Positions 1-6,787 of a stretch of 50,597 bases of DNA are shown here, piece by piece. Made by a program: the position numbers and the translations under genes. Position 1 is the first letter of the stretch, and each line of letters begins with the position of its first letter. The notes under the pieces are model-generated. The model made no database searches. It saw only the letters and a list, made by a program, of their open reading frames with translations, and was not told where the DNA came from. Source of the DNA: Shigella phage S2_02; the sequence record OQ223306. One strand, written 5' to 3'.

Positions 1-127
1 GGGGGGGGAATTGGTGTTACCCAGTTCACCTGGTAGTCATCTCCATTTTTAGCAAAAAGTGCTATCCATTACGATTACGCTTGATTGTGTGTTAATCCAT
101 GTATATGATTTGCCTAAATCGCAATCG
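1..127. repeat. Terminal direct repeat copy 1 (identical to 50471-50597); probable circular-assembly overlap
   Basis: Bases 1-127 (starting with a G8 run) are repeated exactly at the window end; 127 bp is a typical assembler k-mer overlap. Confidence 0.9.
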
Positions 128-342
128 TAGACAAAATTACACCAAATTACGACTTATAATATACATATAGATATATGTATATATATAATATATAAGTGTT
201 TTTTTTATTTATATATATAGATACTATTATTTGTAATATGGCTGTATAGCGTGTCTACTATGTTAATCGTTGGATGCTCTGGTTATGATATTCATGTTTA
301 TATATACAGTAGTTTTATCGGCTCATATTTATATGGGAAAAG

Positions 343-369
343 CGATTAACACGATTAACACGATTAACC
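343..369. repeat. 3 x 9-bp tandem repeat CGATTAACA in early control region
   Basis: cgattaaca cgattaaca cgattaacc read directly; upstream of first rightward gene. Confidence 0.8.
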
Positions 370-413
370 ACACTTAAAATAGGCTCGCAAGCCTTGACGC
401 AAGAGGGTCGCCG

Positions 414-445
414 TGTAACACTATGATTAGAGACATAGTGTTACA
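414..445. promoter_or_regulatory. Perfect 12-bp inverted repeat TGTAACACTATG-N8-CATAGTGTTACA abutting first early gene; candidate operator
   Basis: Palindrome read directly; shares GTGTAACA core with motifs in 30596-30950; a TTGACG -35-like hexamer lies at 394-399. Confidence 0.45.
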
Positions 446-483
446 TGTTAATCATGGTGTATATTGAAAATGAGGAGAAAGAT

Positions 484-1059
484 ATGAGTTCTTACCAATC
501 AGACGCAGTACAGGCAGCAATTCAGGCGGCTTACGAGAAATCTGGCGTGACCGTTGAGAAGCGCCAGGAGGCAAAAGTGACCGATGTTATCCGTGCCGCT
601 TGCGATCAGCTTTATGGTGATGGCGAGAGTGTCGAGTTCTCATTCGACGCTACTCAGATGGCTGAGGCAGCAGTGAGAAAGTCAGTCCCTGACGCTGATG
701 ATGATGCTGTTAGCGGATATGCCGAGTCCTGGTTGCTCGGGAAGACGGAAGAGATTAACGAGAAGTTTAAATCATCATTCATCACCCCGATCGTATCGCG
801 ACACTTCTCCAAAATCGGCAAGTCGGTCAAGGTGAGCGTAACCATGAACGATGAGAAGTTGCGAGTCGTTACTATCTCAGTGAGCGACGAAGAAGTTCCA
901 GTGAAGAAGCGCCGCAGTCGGAAAAAAGTTAGCCTGGCTGATTGCCTGGATTCGTTTGTGGTTGATGTGGGTAAACTGGCTGATAGCGAATTGATGACTC
1001 GCGATGTAAATGAGATCGTGCGCCAGATGAAAGCGCATATCGAAAAATGTGGATTATAA
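484..1059 (+). CDS. hypothetical early protein (191 aa)
   Basis: ORF-track frame 445..1059; ATG 484 preceded by GAGGAG SD at 472-477; first gene of rightward early region. Confidence 0.6.
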   Translation: MSSYQSDAVQAAIQAAYEKSGVTVEKRQEAKVTDVIRAACDQLYGDGESVEFSFDATQMAEAAVRKSVPDADDDAVSGYAESWLLGKTEEINEKFKSSFITPIVSRHFSKIGKSVKVSVTMNDEKLRVVTISVSDEEVPVKKRRSRKKVSLADCLDSFVVDVGKLADSELMTRDVNEIVRQMKAHIEKCGL

Positions 1060-1065
1060 GGAGAG

Positions 1066-1401
1066 GTGACTATGTTTACTAATATGTTTGATCCGAAGGT
1101 GATGGAAAGACGAAAACTGGAAAGCGAGAAGCAGGAAGAGAACATCAAGAAGATAGCTGATGCCGTGACTGGTAAAAAATTAATCAAAGTAAACCTTAAT
1201 ACCATTGGCCCAGCTTACGACTTAAGAGGTCTTGGCAAGAAAGAGGCGTCAGTGAAGGTTCTTAGACTTATTCACGAAATCAAGAATCAGTACAAGATAG
1301 CCCTCAAGATGAAGAGCCTTAATGTTCCGCATTGCGAGCTTGAGAACATTACTGAGCCGGACTGGTGGGAAATCACCGACGTCGAGTTTACCGTAGAATA
1401 G
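1066..1401 (+). CDS. hypothetical protein (111 aa)
   Basis: ORF track; SD AAGGAGAGG before ATG; stop TAG lies inside conserved box 1397-1417. Confidence 0.6.
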   Translation: MTMFTNMFDPKVMERRKLESEKQEENIKKIADAVTGKKLIKVNLNTIGPAYDLRGLGKKEASVKVLRLIHEIKNQYKIALKMKSLNVPHCELENITEPDWWEITDVEFTVE

Positions 1402-1441
1402 CACTTTTTGTTAAAACCGGATCGGGATAACGCGGTATAGT
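1397..1441 (+). promoter_or_regulatory. Early promoter module: 21-bp box (AATAGCACTTTTTGTTAAAAC) + 18 bp + TATAGT
   Basis: Box 1397-1417, -10-like TATAGT 1436-1441 embedded in hairpin GGGATAAC/GTTATCCC; CATCGA start-like motif follows; gene ATG at 1473. Confidence 0.5.
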
Positions 1442-1472
1442 TATCCCATCGACAACGAATGAGGAAACGAAG

Positions 1473-1667
1473 ATGGAAACGAAAATTGACGTAGTGGTTG
1501 TTCAGCGCGATTCAACTCACGAGAAGGGTCTGTTCAAGAAAGGAACCGAAATCACGATCGACCTTGAGGATATGGTTTCGTATCACTCTAGCCTTACCTG
1601 GAATGTTGTGCGCGTAGGTAGCGACTACAAACTCAAAGGCTTTAACACTTACTTTGCGGAGGCTTAA
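1473..1667 (+). CDS. hypothetical protein (64 aa)
   Basis: ORF track; SD GAGGAAACG; about 25 nt downstream of predicted start of module 1397-1441. Confidence 0.55.
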   Translation: METKIDVVVVQRDSTHEKGLFKKGTEITIDLEDMVSYHSSLTWNVVRVGSDYKLKGFNTYFAEA

Positions 1668-1669
1668 TC

Positions 1670-2140
1670 ATGGCGACAATTACCGTATTCCTGGCTAAAG
1701 ATGAGATTGATGGCGAAATGTCATTCTTCGCGTTTGAGCACAAAACCGGATCGCACTGGCACACTTACAGCCATTACACGGTTATCTCAATCGAAGCGTA
1801 CGACGGCGAACTGCTCACTGATAAACTGAGTAATTTCATTGAAGCCGTTAAAGCTAGCGGCGGCTGCGAGTGGAAGGAAGATCACGAAGTTATGCGAATG
1901 TTTGAGATGGTCAATCCGGTTCGCCTTGAGTCGTTCGAGCTTGATGCTAATGTGACTATCAAGGTGAGAAAGTCGGGTGAGTTATTGCCAGGGATGCGTG
2001 TGCTGACTGGTTACTCTGGCCGTAAGGTGTGGCGCACTGTATCCAAGATTCGCCAGCGCTCGGCAACATGCTATAGCGTATTCTTTGATGATGGTTGGAA
2101 TATGATGTCCGGTAGTGAGGTAAAGTATCTCACCAAATAG
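1670..2140 (+). CDS. hypothetical protein (156 aa)
   Basis: ORF track; GAGG SD; stop TAG inside box 2136-2156. Confidence 0.6.
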   Translation: MATITVFLAKDEIDGEMSFFAFEHKTGSHWHTYSHYTVISIEAYDGELLTDKLSNFIEAVKASGGCEWKEDHEVMRMFEMVNPVRLESFELDANVTIKVRKSGELLPGMRVLTGYSGRKVWRTVSKIRQRSATCYSVFFDDGWNMMSGSEVKYLTK

Positions 2141-2180
2141 CACGAATTGCTAAAACCGGATCGGGGTATCTTGCTATAGT
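2136..2180 (+). promoter_or_regulatory. Early promoter module: box AATAGCACGAATTGCTAAAAC + 18 bp + TATAGT
   Basis: Box 2136-2156; TATAGT 2175-2180 in hairpin GGGGTA/TACCCC; CATCGA follows; gene at 2219. Confidence 0.5.
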
Positions 2181-2218
2181 TACCCCATCGAGACGAGATA
2201 CCAATCAGAGGATTCACC

Positions 2219-2449
2219 ATGTCAATCGTAAAAAACCAGCAAGCCATCGATTCAACCAATAACAACCGCTTTGCTATTTTCATCACTCGCGACAACAAGC
2301 GTTTTGCGGTCAAGGTAGTACCGGGTGGATACAATACATACATGGAAGATAACGGAAAATGGGTTCGGTGTGACAACCTCTCAAACTTCCTGGTCTGGAA
2401 TGCAGAACTCCAGGGATTTGATGATATCAGCACTTTAATTGAGGAGTAA
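2219..2449 (+). CDS. hypothetical protein (76 aa)
   Basis: ORF track; SD CAGAGGA in conserved CCAATCAGAGGA context. Confidence 0.55.
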   Translation: MSIVKNQQAIDSTNNNRFAIFITRDNKRFAVKVVPGGYNTYMEDNGKWVRCDNLSNFLVWNAELQGFDDISTLIEE

Positions 2450-2454
2450 TAATC

Positions 2455-2682
2455 ATGCCACGTTACAGCAACCTAACTCAACTGACCCGCGTTAACGGGC
2501 ACATGATTCCAGCAAAATCCACTCACTACGCTATTGGCGCAAAACACGGAGTCTATTTCAAGTGGCGCGGTCAATGGAACTTCACGGCGGTGAGTAATTT
2601 CTACATGCGCGTTCCAGGTGACGACCCGCAATCGGTAGTCGAGAACTCAATCGGCGACCACAAGATCGAGGTACTGAAATGA
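2455..2682 (+). CDS. hypothetical protein (75 aa)
   Basis: ORF track; SD GAGGAG. Confidence 0.55.
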   Translation: MPRYSNLTQLTRVNGHMIPAKSTHYAIGAKHGVYFKWRGQWNFTAVSNFYMRVPGDDPQSVVENSIGDHKIEVLK

Positions 2683-2789
2683 ACTTCAACACGATTGCAT
2701 TATGGTCTGCCGTCTGGTTCTTCTGCATGGGTCACGCCATTGTTGGGATCGTAATCATGTTACTACTGTGTGCCGGAGCGTTTGAATGA
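2679..2789 (+). CDS. small hydrophobic peptide (36 aa), putative membrane micro-protein
   Basis: ATGA overlap with upstream stop; hydrophobic translation MNFNTIALWSAVWFFCMGHAIVGIVIMLLLCAGAFE; below ORF-track size cutoff. Confidence 0.3.
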   Translation: MNFNTIALWSAVWFFCMGHAIVGIVIMLLLCAGAFE

Positions 2790-2959
2790 TGCGCATTCTA
2801 ATTTGCATGATGGCGGCAGTCGCCATAACTATCCTGGTAGTGTCCGGCTGCGGAGAGGTCAAAGAGAGATGCCATGAAACCGGAAACCAGGTTACTACTT
2901 TCGTGATGGTTGGAAACGTATTGCTACCAATCACATCAAATGAAATCACTTGCGAATAA
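2786..2959 (+). CDS. putative small lipoprotein (57 aa)
   Basis: ATGA overlap with previous micro-ORF; N-terminal signal-like segment with lipobox-like VVSGC; stop TAA falls inside box variant 2955-2975. Confidence 0.4.
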   Translation: MMRILICMMAAVAITILVVSGCGEVKERCHETGNQVTTFVMVGNVLLPITSNEITCE

Positions 2960-2999
2960 CACTTTTTGTTAAAACTCAATTCCGGGGTTGCGATATAGT
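2955..2999 (+). promoter_or_regulatory. Early promoter module (variant box AATAACACTTTTTGTTAAAAC + 18 bp + TATAGT) with no sizeable ORF downstream
   Basis: Box shows symmetric half-site change TAACA/TGTTA; TATAGT 2994-2999; only a 24-codon ORF (3069-3143) before next module. Confidence 0.45.
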
Positions 3000-3139
3000 T
3001 ACCCCATCGACAACAACCTGGTCTGCGTCAGCAATGAGCATCTCAAGGCTGTAGGATTCACTGGCGGTATGCATAAAGAGGATTTGTGCTTCGTTCTCGA
3101 AGAAATGCACGGTTACTATCCTGAGTGCGAGTTAGTTTA

Positions 3140-3184
3140 CTAAGCACGAATTGTTAAAAGGGGATTTGTCCTGACTGGTATAAT
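3140..3184 (+). promoter_or_regulatory. Early promoter module: box CTAAGCACGAATTGTTAAAAG + 18 bp + TATAAT
   Basis: TATAAT 3179-3184 in hairpin GGGGATT/AATCCCC; box contains stop TAA of 24-codon ORF; gene at 3215. Confidence 0.5.
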
Positions 3185-3214
3185 CCCCACATCAACCACT
3201 AAGAGGAAATCATT

Positions 3215-3700
3215 ATGTTGAAATTAAACGAGATTAAATTCCCTGTAGTTTTTAACACTATTAGCTGCGGAAAAATAACCTGCCATAGCAAAGATCGCGC
3301 AACTGACTCATCACTTAATGAGTGTCACCCGTCTATTATTTGCAACTTGATTGATTTACACAATAAGCATAATCCTGACAATATCTCATCACTCCCTTAT
3401 TACGTTGAGTATTTTGGTTCTGGCTGGAAAACTGGTCGAGCCATCTTTCATAGCGCAAAGCCAGAAATCAAGCCAATGCTACAGTGTACTCAGATCGAGA
3501 ACATGCCATTGAGCGCCACGATAAAAGGCGTTCAGATTAGCGATGAATCATGGATCGAGATTACCGCCACGCCTAAAACTATTGAGGTACATGATGATGT
3601 GGTGATTCTCCTGTTGCATTACGGCAGCTTTAAGCACAAGACTGTATCAGGAGAAATCAGCATTAAGCGCGGAACGCTTGTACGCTACGAGGTGAAATAA
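3215..3700 (+). CDS. hypothetical protein (161 aa)
   Basis: ORF track; SD AAGAGGAAA. Confidence 0.6.
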   Translation: MLKLNEIKFPVVFNTISCGKITCHSKDRATDSSLNECHPSIICNLIDLHNKHNPDNISSLPYYVEYFGSGWKTGRAIFHSAKPEIKPMLQCTQIENMPLSATIKGVQISDESWIEITATPKTIEVHDDVVILLLHYGSFKHKTVSGEISIKRGTLVRYEVK

Positions 3701-3762
3701 TGAGCAACTGGTATAACGAACATGTAATGCAGTTTTACCGCAATCGCATCAAGAAAGTTTTA

Positions 3763-3807
3763 AATAGCACGAATTGCTAAACCTTCCGCAAGGCCATTTG
3801 ATATAGT
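3763..3807 (+). promoter_or_regulatory. Early promoter module: box AATAGCACGAATTGCTAAACC + 18 bp + TATAGT
   Basis: TATAGT 3802-3807 in hairpin AAGGCCA/TGGCCTT; predicted start about 3814 supports ATG 3848 as gene start. Confidence 0.5.
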
Positions 3808-3847
3808 GGCCTTATTGAAGCATGGCAACCAATCAGAGGAATCAGCT

Positions 3848-4147
3848 ATGAAAATCAGATTAACCAGCAACTACTTTAACCGTGAATCTTTCAAACAATA
3901 CATAATCACAGACGGAATGAATCCTGGCATCATCCTTGATGTGTCCTACAACATTGGCGACGTTATGTTTGTATCAGCAACTGAGCTTGCAAAGTACGCA
4001 AAGCCAGAACATTGTCACCTGGCAGAGCCTCACTTGATCGATGGAAAGGTTACAGATTACGCATTCACCAAAGGTGAGTATGAAATCGTGAGATCTGGAC
4101 CTTTCAGCTTCTGGAACAAACTTAAATCAGGGGAGTTATTCAAATGA
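3848..4147 (+). CDS. hypothetical protein (99 aa)
   Basis: ORF-track frame (track start is GTG 3806); ATG 3848 has SD CAGAGGA and lies downstream of predicted start of module 3763-3807. Confidence 0.55.
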   Translation: MKIRLTSNYFNRESFKQYIITDGMNPGIILDVSYNIGDVMFVSATELAKYAKPEHCHLAEPHLIDGKVTDYAFTKGEYEIVRSGPFSFWNKLKSGELFK

Positions 4148-4431
4148 GCAAAACTCATAAGTTAAAAATTGCCCCGATACATTTCATTGGTGTAATGAAC
4201 GGAGCCAAAACGGCAGAGTTCCGCATCAATGACCGCAACTTCCAGGTTGGTGATATCCTTGAGCTACGCGAGTTCGATCGTGACGAGTTTACCGGGTGGG
4301 AAGTTCACGCCAGGGTGTCCGATGTTACAGACGTGACGCCATACATCAATCGCGGTTATGACGAGCAAGAATGCGACTTCACGCAATACGTGATGTTATC
4401 AATCAAGCCTTACAGGAAGGTTAGACCATGA
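4144..4431 (+). CDS. putative ASCH/PUA-like (DUF3850-like) domain protein (95 aa)
   Basis: ORF track; N-terminal pattern KLKIAPIHF...GAKTAEFRINDRNFQVGDILELRE recalls ASCH-type small phage proteins (from memory, unverified). Confidence 0.4.
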   Translation: MSKTHKLKIAPIHFIGVMNGAKTAEFRINDRNFQVGDILELREFDRDEFTGWEVHARVSDVTDVTPYINRGYDEQECDFTQYVMLSIKPYRKVRP

Positions 4432-5066
4432 AATTTGAGTGCGTATCAAGTAGCGGATCTGGTTTTAAGTGGGGAAAAACTTACAAAGGTGTTCGCGTAA
4501 ATGATGACAGCTTCATCATTACTGATGAGAACGATTGCAACGTGAACGTTGTACGGCGTCACGAATATCAGGAAATTTTCCTGCCTTATGGCGGTAGCTC
4601 AAAATATATCTTCCATCGAATCGTGGATGGTGTTAAATTTAAAGACGTAATCGAAGCAATCAACCAACTGCATAATAAAGAGGTCAAATTTATGAAATTC
4701 GAATGTATCAGTGATAACACCAAAAAATTTACCGTTGGCAAAATCTACGACGTGCCTACTGAGCACGCAAAGCACACTGTAGCACTGACCGACGACACGG
4801 GTCGCCACCGCATTGCAACCGTAACGCACAACTGTGAAGGTCTTCGCTGGAATAGCGGCGGAACTAAGTTCGCAACGTTCGGCAAGAAGCGCAAGCGTAC
4901 TTTCTGCGTTAATGGAAAGGTTACAGCGAACAAGATCCACAACGTCAAGCCGTCAGAAGTTGACCGTAAGCCAGCGACGAAGTTTGAAGAAAAGGCAGAT
5001 TTGTCTGGTCTGGCTATCGCTCTTGTTCTCCTGGTTGCTTCGATTTCGCTGCTATTCATCATGTAA
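4428..5066 (+). CDS. membrane-anchored protein with internally duplicated N-terminal domain (212 aa)
   Basis: ORF track; two segments each starting MKFEC(V/I)S; C-terminal hydrophobic helix LSGLAIALVLLVASISLLFIM. Confidence 0.6.
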   Translation: MKFECVSSSGSGFKWGKTYKGVRVNDDSFIITDENDCNVNVVRRHEYQEIFLPYGGSSKYIFHRIVDGVKFKDVIEAINQLHNKEVKFMKFECISDNTKKFTVGKIYDVPTEHAKHTVALTDDTGRHRIATVTHNCEGLRWNSGGTKFATFGKKRKRTFCVNGKVTANKIHNVKPSEVDRKPATKFEEKADLSGLAIALVLLVASISLLFIM

Positions 5067-5073
5067 TGCTAAT

Positions 5074-5107
5074 GGGGAATCGGCTCTGAACGGTTCCCCT
5101 TTCTTTT
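5074..5107 (+). terminator. Rho-independent terminator
   Basis: GGGGAA...TTCCCC hairpin followed by TTTCTTTT directly after stop of 4428..5066. Confidence 0.6.
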
Positions 5108-5214
5108 GGAGAAAACACTATGCCAGACTTTTCTAATTGGAATAACGAGCCGCCATCATTTCAGGAGTTGCTATTTTGCCTCCTGATCCTGACACTATCT
5201 CTTAAGGGTGTTTT

Positions 5215-5433
5215 ATGGCTACTATCATGACAGCAGAAGATGCAGCACGCGAAGCAGTGGAAGGAATGCGCCCAAATAGCTCCAGAATCGCCCACTACTA
5301 CAAATTTGAGGTGTCGGCAGTGCAATTGGTCCATGAAATTTTAAGGCTCCCACAAGTCGATTCAGCGCGCGTGGTGACGTGCTTAAAAAATTATTTTTGC
5401 ATCACTATTAAAACGAATAGCACGAATTGCTAA
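5215..5433 (+). CDS. hypothetical protein (72 aa)
   Basis: ORF track; weak SD; C-terminus NSTNC and stop are encoded by box 5416-5436; an alternative 36-codon hydrophobic ORF 5120-5230 has a better SD. Confidence 0.4.
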   Translation: MATIMTAEDAAREAVEGMRPNSSRIAHYYKFEVSAVQLVHEILRLPQVDSARVVTCLKNYFCITIKTNSTNC

Positions 5434-5460
5434 AACTTGCTCAAGGGCATTTGTTAGAAT
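5416..5460 (+). promoter_or_regulatory. Early promoter module: box AATAGCACGAATTGCTAAAAC + 18 bp + TGtTAGAAT
   Basis: -10-like TAGAAT 5455-5460 in hairpin AAGGGCAT/ATGCCCTT; gene at 5501. Confidence 0.5.
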
Positions 5461-5500
5461 GCCCTTCGTTGAGTTAAGCAACTAATCAGAGGAATAAATC

Positions 5501-6034
5501 ATGGATAAAATCACAATTTGGGGCCAGACAATCAACCTGTTTCTCGGCACTCGCCGCGTGGCAATCTTTGACTTCGACGGAACACTGAGTGACGGCTCAA
5601 AACGTCTTCACCTGCTACCGACGAAAGATTTGCACTTAACGGAAAGCTGGTCTGAGTTCAACCGCGCGGCAATATTTGACAATCCTATACGTAGTACGAT
5701 TGATGTGATGAACTCCATGTTTGCAGCTGGGTATCATGTGATCATTTTAACCGGGCGAAGCGATGAGGTGCGTTACGCATCTGAGTTATGGCTTAAGCAT
5801 CACGGCGCGCGATATGATTACTTAATCATGAGGCCGCATACCGACAACCGCAAAGACACGGTAATGAAAGAAGAGGCAGTGCGCGCTATCGGCATTGAGA
5901 ACATCCTGGCGGCTTGGGAAGACTCACCGCAAATTATTCCATTATTCCGGTCGCTTGGGATAACCACTTACGCTGTAGTTGACTATGGCGATAAAGTCCA
6001 CGATCATTTAAAATCTCACGGGGTAGAGAAATGA
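5501..6034 (+). CDS. HAD-superfamily phosphatase-like protein (177 aa)
   Basis: ORF track; N-terminal IFDFDGTLSD (DxDGT) motif and downstream ILTGR motif typical of HAD phosphatases. Confidence 0.65.
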   Translation: MDKITIWGQTINLFLGTRRVAIFDFDGTLSDGSKRLHLLPTKDLHLTESWSEFNRAAIFDNPIRSTIDVMNSMFAAGYHVIILTGRSDEVRYASELWLKHHGARYDYLIMRPHTDNRKDTVMKEEAVRAIGIENILAAWEDSPQIIPLFRSLGITTYAVVDYGDKVHDHLKSHGVEK

Positions 6035-6141
6035 ACCTATACGAATTTATTGCAGAACATCCGGTATTGACGGTTATCATCCTGCTAATCATCAATCACA
6101 CTATCATCAATGTAGCAAAATTATTTTTAGGGAGATACTGA
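6031..6141 (+). CDS. small hydrophobic peptide (36 aa)
   Basis: ATGA overlap with phosphatase stop; translation MNLYEFIAEHPVLTVIILLIINHTIINVAKLFLGRY; ends 1 nt before kinase ATG. Confidence 0.3.
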   Translation: MNLYEFIAEHPVLTVIILLIINHTIINVAKLFLGRY

Positions 6142-6142
6142 C

Positions 6143-6715
6143 ATGAAAACAGCTATCGTTTTAAACGGCGCGCCTGGAGCGGGAAAAGACACTATCGGAT
6201 GCATCCTGGCTGACACTTACGATCACGTAGCCTTGCGCAGCTTCAAAGCGCCAATGTTTGAGATTGCCCGGGCAATCCTGGGTGAAGCTAACTACGAGTA
6301 TTTCATGTTCTTGTATGAGGACCGTCGATATAAAGAAGAGCCAGCATCCATCCTGAACGGTAAAAGCCCACGCCAGTTTATGATCTGGATTAGCGAAGAA
6401 GTCATCAAGCCGCAGTTCGGAAATCGCTTCTTCGGTATGCGAGCGGAAAGCAAGGTGAAAGAGTCGCACTCCCTTTCGGTATTTACTGACGGTGGATTCA
6501 AAGATGAGATCTTGCAAATGATTGAAGGCGATATCCAAGTCAAGCTATGCCGCATACATCGCAACGGCTGCAACTTCGATAACGACAGTCGAGATTATAT
6601 CTACCTGGATAATATGATCGGTGTCAACGGTTATCAGGAATGTGACTTCTTCTCTGTCGAAGGTCATCCAGAAATTACCGCTCAGCACATAGCCGCCACG
6701 TTCATCAATAAATAG
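6143..6715 (+). CDS. P-loop nucleotide/nucleoside kinase-like protein (190 aa)
   Basis: ORF track; Walker A GAPGAGKDT at N-terminus; stop TAG inside box 6711-6731. Confidence 0.65.
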   Translation: MKTAIVLNGAPGAGKDTIGCILADTYDHVALRSFKAPMFEIARAILGEANYEYFMFLYEDRRYKEEPASILNGKSPRQFMIWISEEVIKPQFGNRFFGMRAESKVKESHSLSVFTDGGFKDEILQMIEGDIQVKLCRIHRNGCNFDNDSRDYIYLDNMIGVNGYQECDFFSVEGHPEITAQHIAATFINK

Positions 6716-6755
6716 CACGAATTGCTAAAACGTCGATGGGGTGATTTGATATAGT
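6711..6755 (+). promoter_or_regulatory. Early promoter module: box AATAGCACGAATTGCTAAAAC + 18 bp + TATAGT
   Basis: TATAGT 6750-6755; flanking 9-bp stem CGATGGGGT/ACCTCATCG has one G-T (G.U) pair; gene at 6788. Confidence 0.5.
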
Positions 6756-6787
6756 TACCTCATCGACAACGAAGAGAGAAAATCGAA

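Noticed and set aside
46-66. Box copy next to the G8 tract as a functional promoter
   Set aside because: No TAnnnT-type -10 at 17-19 bp in either direction; recorded only as a box occurrence.
1-127. Terminal repeat as a genuine biological direct terminal repeat
   Set aside because: Exactly 127 bp, identical, and running to the last base of the window; this is what a k=127 circular-contig overlap looks like. Cannot be fully excluded without reads.
445-483. Longer N-terminal extensions given by the ORF track (445, 3806, 8553, 11246, 13295, 18750, 20229, 23604, 24407, 32149, 42975, 46307, 48418)
   Set aside because: Internal ATG or GTG codons have much better Shine-Dalgarno spacing, overlap upstream stops in coupled fashion, or lie downstream of the predicted promoter start while the track start lies upstream.
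654-1205. Antisense and overlapping ORF-track entries such as 654..1205, 2071..2433, 4599..4940, 10803..11186, 12267..12554, 20309..20707, 26577..26870, 29396..29905, 35765..36115, 37605..38246
   Set aside because: They lie inside or opposite well-supported genes in a densely coded genome, lack ribosome-binding sites and have low-complexity translations; treated as chance frames.
1397-1441. Canonical sigma70 -35 hexamer at 16-18 bp from the early -10 elements
   Set aside because: Sequences at that spacing (for example AAAACC) do not resemble TTGACA; the TTGCTA inside the box is about 22 bp away.
1418-1447. Early-region hairpins as Rho-independent terminators
   Set aside because: No U tract follows them; they sit between box and -10 with fixed spacing and variable stems, unlike the late-region terminators.
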